Shown: piece after piece, positions 56,057 through 64,000 of the stretch
How the letters are laid out: each line of letters begins with the position of its first letter
How positions within the stretch are numbered: the first letter of the stretch is position 1
DNA from: a bacterium
GTDB taxonomy: Bacteria > Krumholzibacteriota > Krumholzibacteriia > G020349025
NCBI GenBank assembly: GCA_031362565.1
Contig: JANLSU010000119.1
Span: 33,398 to 97,397, forward strand
Length of the DNA stretch: 64,000 nucleotides
Direction: 5' to 3'
Notes under the pieces: generated by a model
Told to the model about the DNA's origin: nothing
Databases searched by the model: none
The model's input: the letters and a program-made list of their open reading frames with translations, nothing else
Program-made: the position numbers and the translations under genes

Positions 56057-56532
56057 GAACTTGCTCCTTCCGGCGTATCGACCGCTTGGACGTACATCGT
56101 CACGCCATCGACGCGAACGATGCGCGCCCAACTTCCTGCTTGCACGGCGGGGCCCTGCCCCACGGCGGGCAGCGCACGCCACTCTTCGCCTTCGAGACGG
56201 ATGCGCCCGGCGTGATCACCGTGAATTGCCGCGACGACTTGCGCGGTGCGCCCAATGAGCGCATCGGTGTTGGACTGCAGACCTGGTCGCACCAGCCGGC
56301 CGCGAACATGCCGCCGGCCCACGAAGACGTACAACAGCGCGAGCACGCCGGCGGTTGCCGCGCCGATCGCCGGCGAGTTGCTTGCGAGCCCCAAGAGCCC
56401 GCCGAGCAGGATCGCCGAACCGATGAGCAAGAAATCGAAGCCGGTCACGGCGCCCATTACGACTTCGAGAAGAATGAGCACGGCGCCCGCGATGACGAGC
56501 ATCCAATTGAGAGAGAGGCGCAAGGCCACCAC
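56053..56532 (-). CDS. NfeD family membrane protein
   Basis: Three TM helices plus OB fold LIGRTAQV...GRIRLEGEEWRA...VDGVTMYV; coupled to the SPFH gene. Confidence 0.9.
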   Translation of the reverse strand: MVALRLSLNWMLVIAGAVLILLEVVMGAVTGFDFLLIGSAILLGGLLGLASNSPAIGAATAGVLALLYVFVGRRHVRGRLVRPGLQSNTDALIGRTAQVVAAIHGDHAGRIRLEGEEWRALPAVGQGPAVQAGSWARIVRVDGVTMYVQAVDTPEGASS

Positions 56533-56663
56533 CTCCGGCGGCGAACGATGACGCGAACGGGTCGAAGGTACGGCTTCGACACAGGCCGGTCAAGCCGGGC
56601 CCCAGCCATGTCGAGGTCCGAAAACGGCTAACGCCAGCCCGCGGCGCGTGCTATGAATAGAGC

Positions 56664-58202
56664 ATGGAACTCGACGCCCGCACCTGTTACCGCGCCATGC
56701 GCACCCGCGACGCCCGCTTCGACGGGCGCTTCTTCACGGGCGTCGTGACGACCGGTATCTTCTGCCGGCCGGTGTGCCCGGCGCGCGCGCCGCGCGCCGA
56801 GAACTGCCGCTACTTTCCGCATGCGGCAGCGGCACATGCCTCCGGATTCCGGCCGTGCTTGCGCTGCCGGCCCGAAGCGGCACCCGGAACGTCGGTTTGG
56901 GCTGGGACAGAGAACACGGTGGCTCGGGCGTTGCGGCTCATTACCGACGGGGCGCTCGACGACGCGGGCGTGGAGGCTTTGGCGGAGCGCGTGGGGGTGG
57001 GAGACCGGCATTTGCGCCGCTTGTTCCTGCGCCACTTGGGTGCGACACCGGTGGCAGTCGCGCAAACGCAGCGGGTGCTGTTCGCAAAGCGTCTACTGGA
57101 TGAAACCGATTTGCCGATGCGCTCGGTTGCGAACGCCGCCGGATTCGCGAGCCTGCGGCGCTTCAACGACACGATGCGGGCGACGTATGCGCGGACGCCG
57201 ACCGAGCTGCGATCGTTGTACGGGCGTGGCGCGCGCGCAGTGCCGGCCGGCGAACGCGGGTCTTTGACGCTATCGCTTGCGTACCGGCCGCCGTACGACT
57301 GGGAGACGTTGCTGCGTTACTTGTCGGGGCGCGCGATTCCCGGCGTCGAGGCCGTCGGCGGCAACGTCTACCGGCGGGCGTTTCGCCTCGAAACCGGCGA
57401 AGCGGGTACGATTGACGTGCGGTGCGACGCGACGGCGCGCGTGCTCCGGGTCCGAATTCAGCCCGCAGCGGGAACGACGTTGCGACCCGCCGCTCTCTTG
57501 CCGATCGTGGCGCGGTTGCGCCGGCAATTCGATCTCGATGCGGATCCGCAGGCACTCAACGCCGGGCTCGCGACCGACCCGTCGCTCGGCGCCGCATTGC
57601 GCCGGCACCCGGGATTGCGTGTGCCGGGGACTTGGGATGGCTTCGAACTCGCAGTGCGCGCCATTCTCGGCCAGCAGGTGAGCGTGCGTGCCGCAACGAC
57701 CATCGCCGGACGATTGGTGGCGCGTTGCACCGAGCGTGCGCCTGCAGCGGCGCCGTCGCTACAACCCTTTCCGTCACCGGCGCGGCTCGCCGCTGCGAAT
57801 CTGGATGCCCTCGGACTGACGGGCGCCCGCGCCCGCACCGTGACAGCGTTTGCGCGCGCCGTCGCGGCTGGAGATGTGTCACTCGATCCGGGCCAGGATG
57901 CCGCGACGCTGCGCACCGCGCTCTGCGAACTGCCGGGCATTGGTCCATGGACCGCTGAATACATCGCGTTGCGTGCGTTGCGTGATCCGGATGCCTTCCC
58001 GGCGAGCGATCTTGGTTTGCGCCGGGCGTTCAGCGCACTGCAGGCGCGCGGTGCGGCGCGCACCTCGGCCCCGGCGCAGGCCGCGCGGCTCGTCTCTGAA
58101 TCGGCGCTTTTGCGGGCCGCGGAATCGTGGCGGCCGTGGCGCGCCTATGCCGCCGTTCATCTTTGGACTTGGGAGGCTGATCATGCGTCTCTGGATCGAT
58201 GA
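56664..58202 (+). CDS. alkA: Ada(Zn/AraC)-AlkA fusion DNA-3-methyladenine glycosylase
   Basis: RDARFDG, TGIFCRPVC, GFRPCLRCRP; AraC HTH; GFELAVRAILGQQVS; HhH LPGIGPWTAEYI; DAFPASD; WRPWRAYA. Confidence 0.93.
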   Translation: MELDARTCYRAMRTRDARFDGRFFTGVVTTGIFCRPVCPARAPRAENCRYFPHAAAAHASGFRPCLRCRPEAAPGTSVWAGTENTVARALRLITDGALDDAGVEALAERVGVGDRHLRRLFLRHLGATPVAVAQTQRVLFAKRLLDETDLPMRSVANAAGFASLRRFNDTMRATYARTPTELRSLYGRGARAVPAGERGSLTLSLAYRPPYDWETLLRYLSGRAIPGVEAVGGNVYRRAFRLETGEAGTIDVRCDATARVLRVRIQPAAGTTLRPAALLPIVARLRRQFDLDADPQALNAGLATDPSLGAALRRHPGLRVPGTWDGFELAVRAILGQQVSVRAATTIAGRLVARCTERAPAAAPSLQPFPSPARLAAANLDALGLTGARARTVTAFARAVAAGDVSLDPGQDAATLRTALCELPGIGPWTAEYIALRALRDPDAFPASDLGLRRAFSALQARGAARTSAPAQAARLVSESALLRAAESWRPWRAYAAVHLWTWEADHASLDR

Positions 58203-58746
58203 GTTGGAGTCACCAGTGGGGCTCTTGCGGCTCGTCGTCGTGCCGGCGGACGGGGCCGTGTGCAGCCTCGAATTCGCGGGCCGCGACAAACACCGGAAGG
58301 CGTACTTGCAGGCGCAATTCGGGGCTGTCGAACTCGAACAAGTCGACGATCCGGCTGGGCATGTCGGCCGGTTGCGAGCGTATTTTGACGGTGACCTGGA
58401 AGCGCTCGACCCGATTCCGGTGCTGGCCCACGGCACGCCGTTCCAGCAGGAAGTCTGGCGCGCGCTGCGGAAACTGCGGCATGGCGAAACCGCGAGTTAC
58501 GGCGCGCTCGCCGCGGCCATCGGCCGGCCCGGAGCATCGCGTGCGGTGGGGCTCGCGAACGGTCGCAACCCGATCGCGATTATCGTACCCTGCCATCGGG
58601 TCATCGGCGCCGATGGGACGCTGACCGGCTACGGCGGGGGCCTCGACCGCAAGCGCTGGTTGCTGGAACACGAGCGGGCGCGGCTGCACGAGAATGCGTC
58701 GCTTTTCGTGACTCCGAATCAAGCGCGGCCGGCGCGGCTTGCCTAA
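58183..58746 (+). CDS. ogt: Methylated-DNA-protein-cysteine methyltransferase
   Basis: GTPFQQEVW, SRAVGLANGRNPIAIIVPCHRVIG, GYGGGLDRKRWLL. Confidence 0.95.
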   Translation: MRLWIDELESPVGLLRLVVVPADGAVCSLEFAGRDKHRKAYLQAQFGAVELEQVDDPAGHVGRLRAYFDGDLEALDPIPVLAHGTPFQQEVWRALRKLRHGETASYGALAAAIGRPGASRAVGLANGRNPIAIIVPCHRVIGADGTLTGYGGGLDRKRWLLEHERARLHENASLFVTPNQARPARLA

Positions 58747-58786
58747 GGTGTAGTCTTGTCTCGAGTCCGGTCCAAGAGGGAGATCG

Positions 58787-59443
58787 ATGGACGCCCGCGA
58801 ATCAATCTTCGAAGCGATCCGCGCCGGCAATCTCGAGCAGGTGCGCGGCATCTTGGAGGAAGATCCAGCCCACGCCGCCGACCGTGACTCGAATGGCATG
58901 TCAGTCCTGCTGCTGGCACGTTACCGCGCCAACGATGAGATCCTCGAAGCGCTGTTGAAGGCCGCGCCGCCGTTCGATGTGTTCGAGGCCGCGGCGTACG
59001 GCAACAAAGAAAAGTTGTCGGACCTTTTACGCGGTGACCCGAGCTTGGCTCGCGCCTATTCGCCGGATGGTTTCACGGCGCTCCACTTGGCGACGTATTT
59101 CGGTTACGACGACGCCGTCGAAGTGCTCCTGGCACACGGCGCCGACGCCCGCGCCGTATCACGCAATCCCATGCAGCTGACCGCCCTGCACAGCGCCGCC
59201 ACCGCGCATCGCCACGTGATCGCCGCAACGCTTCTCAAGCACGGCGCCGACCCCGATGCGATCCAAGCCGGCGGCTTCACGCCGCTCCATTCCGCCGCGC
59301 ACCAAGGCGACACAATGTTCGTCGACATTCTGCTGGCACGCGGCGCCAACGCCCACATCGTCAGCGACGACGGTCGCGACGCCGCCGCCATGGCCGCCGA
59401 GAAGAATCACGCGACGCTGGCCGAGCGCTTGCAAACGCTCTGA
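58787..59443 (+). CDS. Ankyrin repeat protein
   Basis: [25 protein letters not shown] repeats. Confidence 0.92.
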   Translation: MDARESIFEAIRAGNLEQVRGILEEDPAHAADRDSNGMSVLLLARYRANDEILEALLKAAPPFDVFEAAAYGNKEKLSDLLRGDPSLARAYSPDGFTALHLATYFGYDDAVEVLLAHGADARAVSRNPMQLTALHSAATAHRHVIAATLLKHGADPDAIQAGGFTPLHSAAHQGDTMFVDILLARGANAHIVSDDGRDAAAMAAEKNHATLAERLQTL

Positions 59444-59460
59444 CCCGTATCGCTGCCCTG

Positions 59461-60075
59461 CTATCGACTCGCCGCCGGGGGCCGTAGTCGAGGGGTACGG
59501 TCATGATCCGGTAGCGCCTGCTCGAATGACGAACAGGATCTGCGATTGTCTGCAGCGTAGTGCGGATCGTTGCCGGGAGGGTGTTTGCCTGCAGCGCGGG
59601 GAAAGTGGTGCTGGCGCGGGACGAAGTCTTGACGTCGATCCAATACTCGACACCGCTTGAACCGACGGCGGTCGCAGGAATCGCGGCCAGAGGTTCACGC
59701 AAGGGCTCGCCTACGGTCAGGACTTCGGAATGGAACTCACGATCACCGACGGGCCGGTGATAGAGTGTTCCGGAAATGAACTTGGCGCCGATTGGCAGCG
59801 AGACACGCACGTTGATTCCACTCCGCTGCAGGAATTCCGAACCCGAAGTGGGCTGCGGAACGGCGAGGATCGAACGGGGCGGCTCGACGGCTTGAGAAAA
59901 AAGCGAGTCCGGGGCGTCGGCAGGATTCGTCGAGATGATTCCGCTATTCTCAACGTCGACGTAGTACTGGAGTCCCTGCTCGGTGACGCTGGTGTCGGGG
60001 ATTCCACCGGCCAGTGCGGTGCCGATCCGTTGGAGCGGCACCGAGTGAAATCGCACTGGTGGTCCTGCGGCAACG
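59461..60075 (-). pseudogene. Internal fragment of a large surface protein with two Ig-like repeats
   Basis: Two copies of F-H-S...IP-x-x-x-V-x-x-x-G-L/V-Q/E-Y-Y/W-V/I-D-V; no signal peptide or RBS; the frame runs into the convergent ankyrin gene. Confidence 0.5.
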
Positions 60076-60220
60076 ACGGGCTAGCGATTGAAAGTAGAAA
60101 TCGAGCATGGCACTCAGCGGTGCGGCATTGCCCCGCAGTCGGCTAGGAAGCGCCGCGCCCTCGCAACGCGCGGAGATGGACTTGCACCGCGTTTCGGCTC
60201 TGTTTTTCCCCTGGAAAAAG

Positions 60221-60607
60221 CTAACCCTTGACCATCTCGATCATGTGATCGATGACCCTGCTGTGTTCGCGCTGAGGGCTGAACATTACGATCTCCGCGT
60301 CCGCGTCGACCCTGACGTTGTGCCCGGGCGGCCAGTAGAACAAGTCGTTCGCATTCACCGTTTCCAGTGCGCCCTTCGCATCGGTCGTCGTAATTTGGCC
60401 GCGCAAGACGAAGCCCCAGTGGGGACACTGACAGAGGTTGCCTTCCAATCCCCGAAAGAGCGGGGTGGTATCGACACCAGCCGAGAGAGTGAAATACTCG
60501 CCGCTGATCTTGCCGAACCCGCTCACGTCGCCAAAATCCATTCGCTGACGGACCACAGCACCCGGTATTTCCATCCTGACTTCGACGTTGTCTTTCGCCA
60601 CTCGCAT
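60221..60607 (-). CDS. Cupin-fold protein
   Basis: GGAGGAG RBS; LCQCPHWGFVLRG...FYWPPGH...EIVMFSP. Confidence 0.82.
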   Translation of the reverse strand: MRVAKDNVEVRMEIPGAVVRQRMDFGDVSGFGKISGEYFTLSAGVDTTPLFRGLEGNLCQCPHWGFVLRGQITTTDAKGALETVNANDLFYWPPGHNVRVDADAEIVMFSPQREHSRVIDHMIEMVKG

Positions 60608-61215
60608 GCGCGCTCCTCCTTCTTGAACGGCGCCAGCCCTGATTAGACCGATCAATCTATTAAGGAGAATACAGCATCTCCTGGCGCTGCCACCGGCCAG
60701 CTGGCGGCAGCCGACCGGGATTCGTCGTTCCGCGGCCGGTTCCCGCCGATCAGCCAATCCGGGCGGTCGCGCTGGGACAACGTCACGCCCTTCTTCGCTT
60801 ACCCGCCGGAGATCCGCAAGGTGCCCACTCCCCGAACATGAACGGCCGCCACCCTGATCGCGACTCCACCGAACGTTGCAAGCCGGCCCGGCGACCTCTG
60901 TCTTCTGCATTCAAAGCCCGCGGGTTGTCTGCCACCGCACCACCTGCGACGACGTTCATCCCTTCGCACTGACCGCCCGCCCGGCTCGATTCCCCTCCTC
61001 AATCGCGCGCGCTCTCGCATCACAACGCATCTCGCCGGTGGTGAACGCCAGCAACGATGCGAACATGACGAATCCTTCACGCTCATTCCATTGCGCATGT
61101 CTTGCGTAGGTTGACGATCATCGCGGATCGAGGAACAACGTTTTCTCAGCGCTGCGACGAGTCCAAGTGCTAGAGTCCGCACAGAATAATCTCACACCGG
61201 AGGCGCGTCGTGAAC

Positions 61216-63420
61216 ATGTCGCGAGGAATGGTGCACCGCGAATGCCGAAATCGGTTCGTGCGCGCACGCATCGCAACCGGTCTTTGCTTGGTGATTGGGA
61301 CCTCCACGCTCGAAGCAGCCCCCAATCATTTCGAGTACATCTCGCCGGTACCGGGCGCGTCGATGGTGGCGCTAGGGAACAACATCGTCATTCGCGATGG
61401 CCGTCCGATCGACCGGAGTTCTTTCGAGGGACGGGCGCGTGTCGTCGTTGTGGGTTCCACGAGCGGATTGCATCCAGGCCGGTTGATCCTGTCCGACGAT
61501 TCGAAGACGCTCGTATTCACGCCGCAAACTTCTTATGCCAGCGGCGAAGAAATCACGGTGCGCCTCGAGCCCGGCGTCACGACCTCCGGCCAGGCGTCCC
61601 TGCCGCCGCTGGAGTTCACGTTCAAGACGACGACGCTCAGTCCGGAGCGATCTGCAGCGCTGGCGCGGCGCGACGCGCCGGACGAGTGCTTCGCGCCGCC
61701 CGGTTCGCCGATACCTGGACCCGGCCTGCGCCGCGAAGCCGCCGAGCTGCCGCCGCAACCCAGTGCGCTGCCGGCCGACTACCCGTCGATCTCACTCGTC
61801 AGTTCGAACGATCCGGACCCGGGCAACGTCTTCATCACACCGTTCAACTATCTGCTGCCCCCCCGCGGGCGATTGGCGGTGCTCGACAACTACGGGATGC
61901 CGCTCTTCTACCGCAGCGGTCCCACGTGGGCCTTCGACCTCAAAATGCAGAACGGCTTCTTGACCTACCTCATCTACTTCAAAGCCTTCGCCCTCGACAG
62001 CACCTACGCGGCGGTCGACAGCTTCGAGACCGGCAACGGCTATCGGACCGACGTGCACGATTTTCAATGGCTCCCGAACCATCACGCCTTGCTCATGGCC
62101 TATGACCCGGAGCCCGTGCGGATGGACCTCGTGGTGCCAGGCGGAAACCCCAACGCCATCGTGACCGGATTGATCGTCCAGGAACTGGATGCCGCCAAGA
62201 ACGTCGTCTTCCAATGGCGGAGCTGGGACCACTTCAGCATTCTCGATGCGAGCGTCTCGGGCCTCGTCTCCTTGACTGACTCGTTGATCGACTACGTGCA
62301 TGGGAACGCGGTGGAACTCGACAAAGACGGCAACCTGCTCATCTCGTGCCGCCACATGGACGAGATCACCAAGATCAACCGCAGCACCGGCGTCGTCATG
62401 TGGCGCCTGGGACTGAATGCCGCCAACAATCAGTTTACGTTCGTGAACGATTCTCGCGGATTCTCGCATCAACATGACATTCGGCGGCTGCCGAACGGCA
62501 ACATCACTCTGTTCGACAACGGCAACTTCCTCGACCCGCAGTACTCGTCCGCACTGGAATACCGGCTCAACGAGCACAGTCATCGTGCCACCCTCGTGTG
62601 GCAGTATCAGAACGATCCGCTGCTGTTCGGCGGGTTCATGGGAAACGTGCAGAGGCATGCGAACGGCGGGACGATGATCGGCTGGGGCGGCACGTCCGGC
62701 ATCGGCGTCACGGAACTGCATTCGGATGGGACCAAGGCATACGAGCTTGCCTTCCAACCGAATTGGGTCAGTTACCGGGCATACCGGTTCCCATGGCGCA
62801 CCAGTGCCTTGATCACGAGCAAACAGTCGTTGAATTTCGGCCGGGTGGTGGTCGGCGGCCGGCTGGAGTTGCCGCTGACAGTGCGGAACAACACGACCGC
62901 GCCGATTACGATCACGAGTCTCGTCAGCACGGATGCCATATTCGCGTCGCCCACATCGGTCCCGTTCACACTCACACCAGGCCAGACCAAGCCGCTCTCG
63001 GTGGCGTTTTCACCGCCTGCCTCGGGCGTATTCGCGGCCAACTTCTACCTGCAGTCCGTTAGCGCGACAGCACTCCTCGCTCAGGTGGTGCAACTCACCG
63101 GCTCGGCGGATGCGACCACCGGCACGTCGGCGGAGTCGCCGGCATCGACCATGCTCGACGCCGTCATTGTGCGCGGCGGCGGCCCGATCGAAATCCATTT
63201 TGCGGTCGGCGAATCAAGGGACCCGGTGCGCCTCGAGATCTTCGATGCGCGCGGTTCGCTTGTCCGGGTGCTGGATCAATCGGTGCGCGATCCCGGGAAC
63301 TACATGTTGCCGTGGGACCGGTGCGACGCACGTGGCCGTGCCGTCTCGCGCGGCGTCTACTTCGTGCAGTTGACGTCGACGGGCTACCGGGCGGCGAAGA
63401 AACTCACGCTCGTGCACTGA
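61216..63420 (+). CDS. Secreted arylsulfotransferase-like beta-propeller with Ig (Big_5-like), ASH-like and FlgD-Ig-like domains
   Basis: TDVHDF, QWRSWDH, DYVHGNAV, LISCRH, FSHQHDIR, LFDNG, SYRAYR; LEIFDARGSLVRVL...WDRCDARG...GVYFVQL. Confidence 0.87.
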   Translation: MSRGMVHRECRNRFVRARIATGLCLVIGTSTLEAAPNHFEYISPVPGASMVALGNNIVIRDGRPIDRSSFEGRARVVVVGSTSGLHPGRLILSDDSKTLVFTPQTSYASGEEITVRLEPGVTTSGQASLPPLEFTFKTTTLSPERSAALARRDAPDECFAPPGSPIPGPGLRREAAELPPQPSALPADYPSISLVSSNDPDPGNVFITPFNYLLPPRGRLAVLDNYGMPLFYRSGPTWAFDLKMQNGFLTYLIYFKAFALDSTYAAVDSFETGNGYRTDVHDFQWLPNHHALLMAYDPEPVRMDLVVPGGNPNAIVTGLIVQELDAAKNVVFQWRSWDHFSILDASVSGLVSLTDSLIDYVHGNAVELDKDGNLLISCRHMDEITKINRSTGVVMWRLGLNAANNQFTFVNDSRGFSHQHDIRRLPNGNITLFDNGNFLDPQYSSALEYRLNEHSHRATLVWQYQNDPLLFGGFMGNVQRHANGGTMIGWGGTSGIGVTELHSDGTKAYELAFQPNWVSYRAYRFPWRTSALITSKQSLNFGRVVVGGRLELPLTVRNNTTAPITITSLVSTDAIFASPTSVPFTLTPGQTKPLSVAFSPPASGVFAANFYLQSVSATALLAQVVQLTGSADATTGTSAESPASTMLDAVIVRGGGPIEIHFAVGESRDPVRLEIFDARGSLVRVLDQSVRDPGNYMLPWDRCDARGRAVSRGVYFVQLTSTGYRAAKKLTLVH

Positions 63421-63934
63421 TGGCCGGGCGGCGCCGACGGTGCGGACCGCTCTACGAGCGGCGGCGCGCGAAGCAGAGGCCGGACCACGTGGTGTCGATG
63501 GCGCAGATCTTCCGAAGCTGCCGCAGGCTGGGCTTTGTGGCTGGGAAGCAACACCACATGCCCCAAGCGCGCGCGGGCCCGAGCCCGCGCGCAGCCAATT
63601 AGGTTCCAACCGTCAGCGCAGGCCCGGAAAGCGACACGCCCGCCGACCAACAGAAGCTGCAGCAGATCACTGCCGGGGCCTCCCGAACGCGATCCGAGCG
63701 GCGATCGCGGCTCGCTCCGCTTGTGCTTCTTTTGTGACCAGCACGGCCGCCTGTCGGCCGGTACCCGCAATCTCGTGCTGTATATTCCTTGGAATTGAAA
63801 CGTGGACGGCGGAACGCGGTGCTGACATGTCGTCGAACGCTACGCCCGCGATTGGGCTTCCCTCTGTGCCAACATGCTTGAGACAGTTCGGCTCTGAAAG
63901 TTTAATGTAGAGGGCGTCCGAGGAGACGTTGTTC

Positions 63935-64000
63935 ATGGCAACCGAGTTGGTGGCTCCCGCCGCCGAGCGGGGGGTCCAGGTATTGGCGAAAATAGAGCGG
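63935..64000 (+). CDS. Start of an unidentified CDS running off the window (MATELVAPAAERGVQVLAKIER...)
   Basis: GAGGAG RBS before ATG 63935; open frame to the window end. Confidence 0.5.
   Translation, partial: MATELVAPAAERGVQVLAKIER

Noticed and set aside
60608..61215. Possible ncRNA or riboswitch in the long intergenic region
   Set aside because: I could not recognise any conserved RNA motif by eye; an Rfam/Infernal scan is needed.
63421..63934. Short ORFs and GC hairpins after the arylsulfotransferase gene
   Set aside because: No recognisable protein motif, no tRNA cloverleaf and no U-tract terminator.

Overview
GC-rich bacterial DNA, densely coding, with about 55 plausible genes. Several exported proteins carry FlgD-Ig-like C-terminal domains or a short C-terminal W-x-x-V-K-x-L-Y-R tail, a style I associate with Eisenbacteria/Krumholzibacteria/Latescibacterota-like lineages (inference only). 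In order, the window holds: a run of secreted-protein genes (1-9.3 kb); housekeeping and accessory genes (DUF1697, EamA, DUF2911, BBE-like FAD oxidase); a truncated Fic gene; a co-oriented minus-strand cluster; a xylFGH-like ABC transporter divergent from a GH92 mannosidase; a CheB-CheR-PAS hybrid kinase; lspA; CYTH-CHAD plus NUDIX; arsR-arsC-acr3; a nucleotidyltransferase TA-like pair; an ECF/anti-sigma/PDZ module; AKR, AAA14-DUF4143, MFS, GT-C, AI-2E, NfeD-SPFH, ada/alkA-ogt, ankyrins; and an arylsulfotransferase-like secreted protein. The co-oriented cluster (22748 to 14748) is the best candidate for an undescribed system: ECF sigma > non-RD Ser/Thr kinase with DUF4384-like ectodomain > exported TPR-CHAT protease > 131-aa D-x-x-C-terminated putative precursor > translationally coupled radical SAM/twitch enzyme > ThsB-like TIR protein. 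I saw no rRNA, tRNA, CRISPR array or intact transposase. All family calls come from motif recognition by eye, not database searches.
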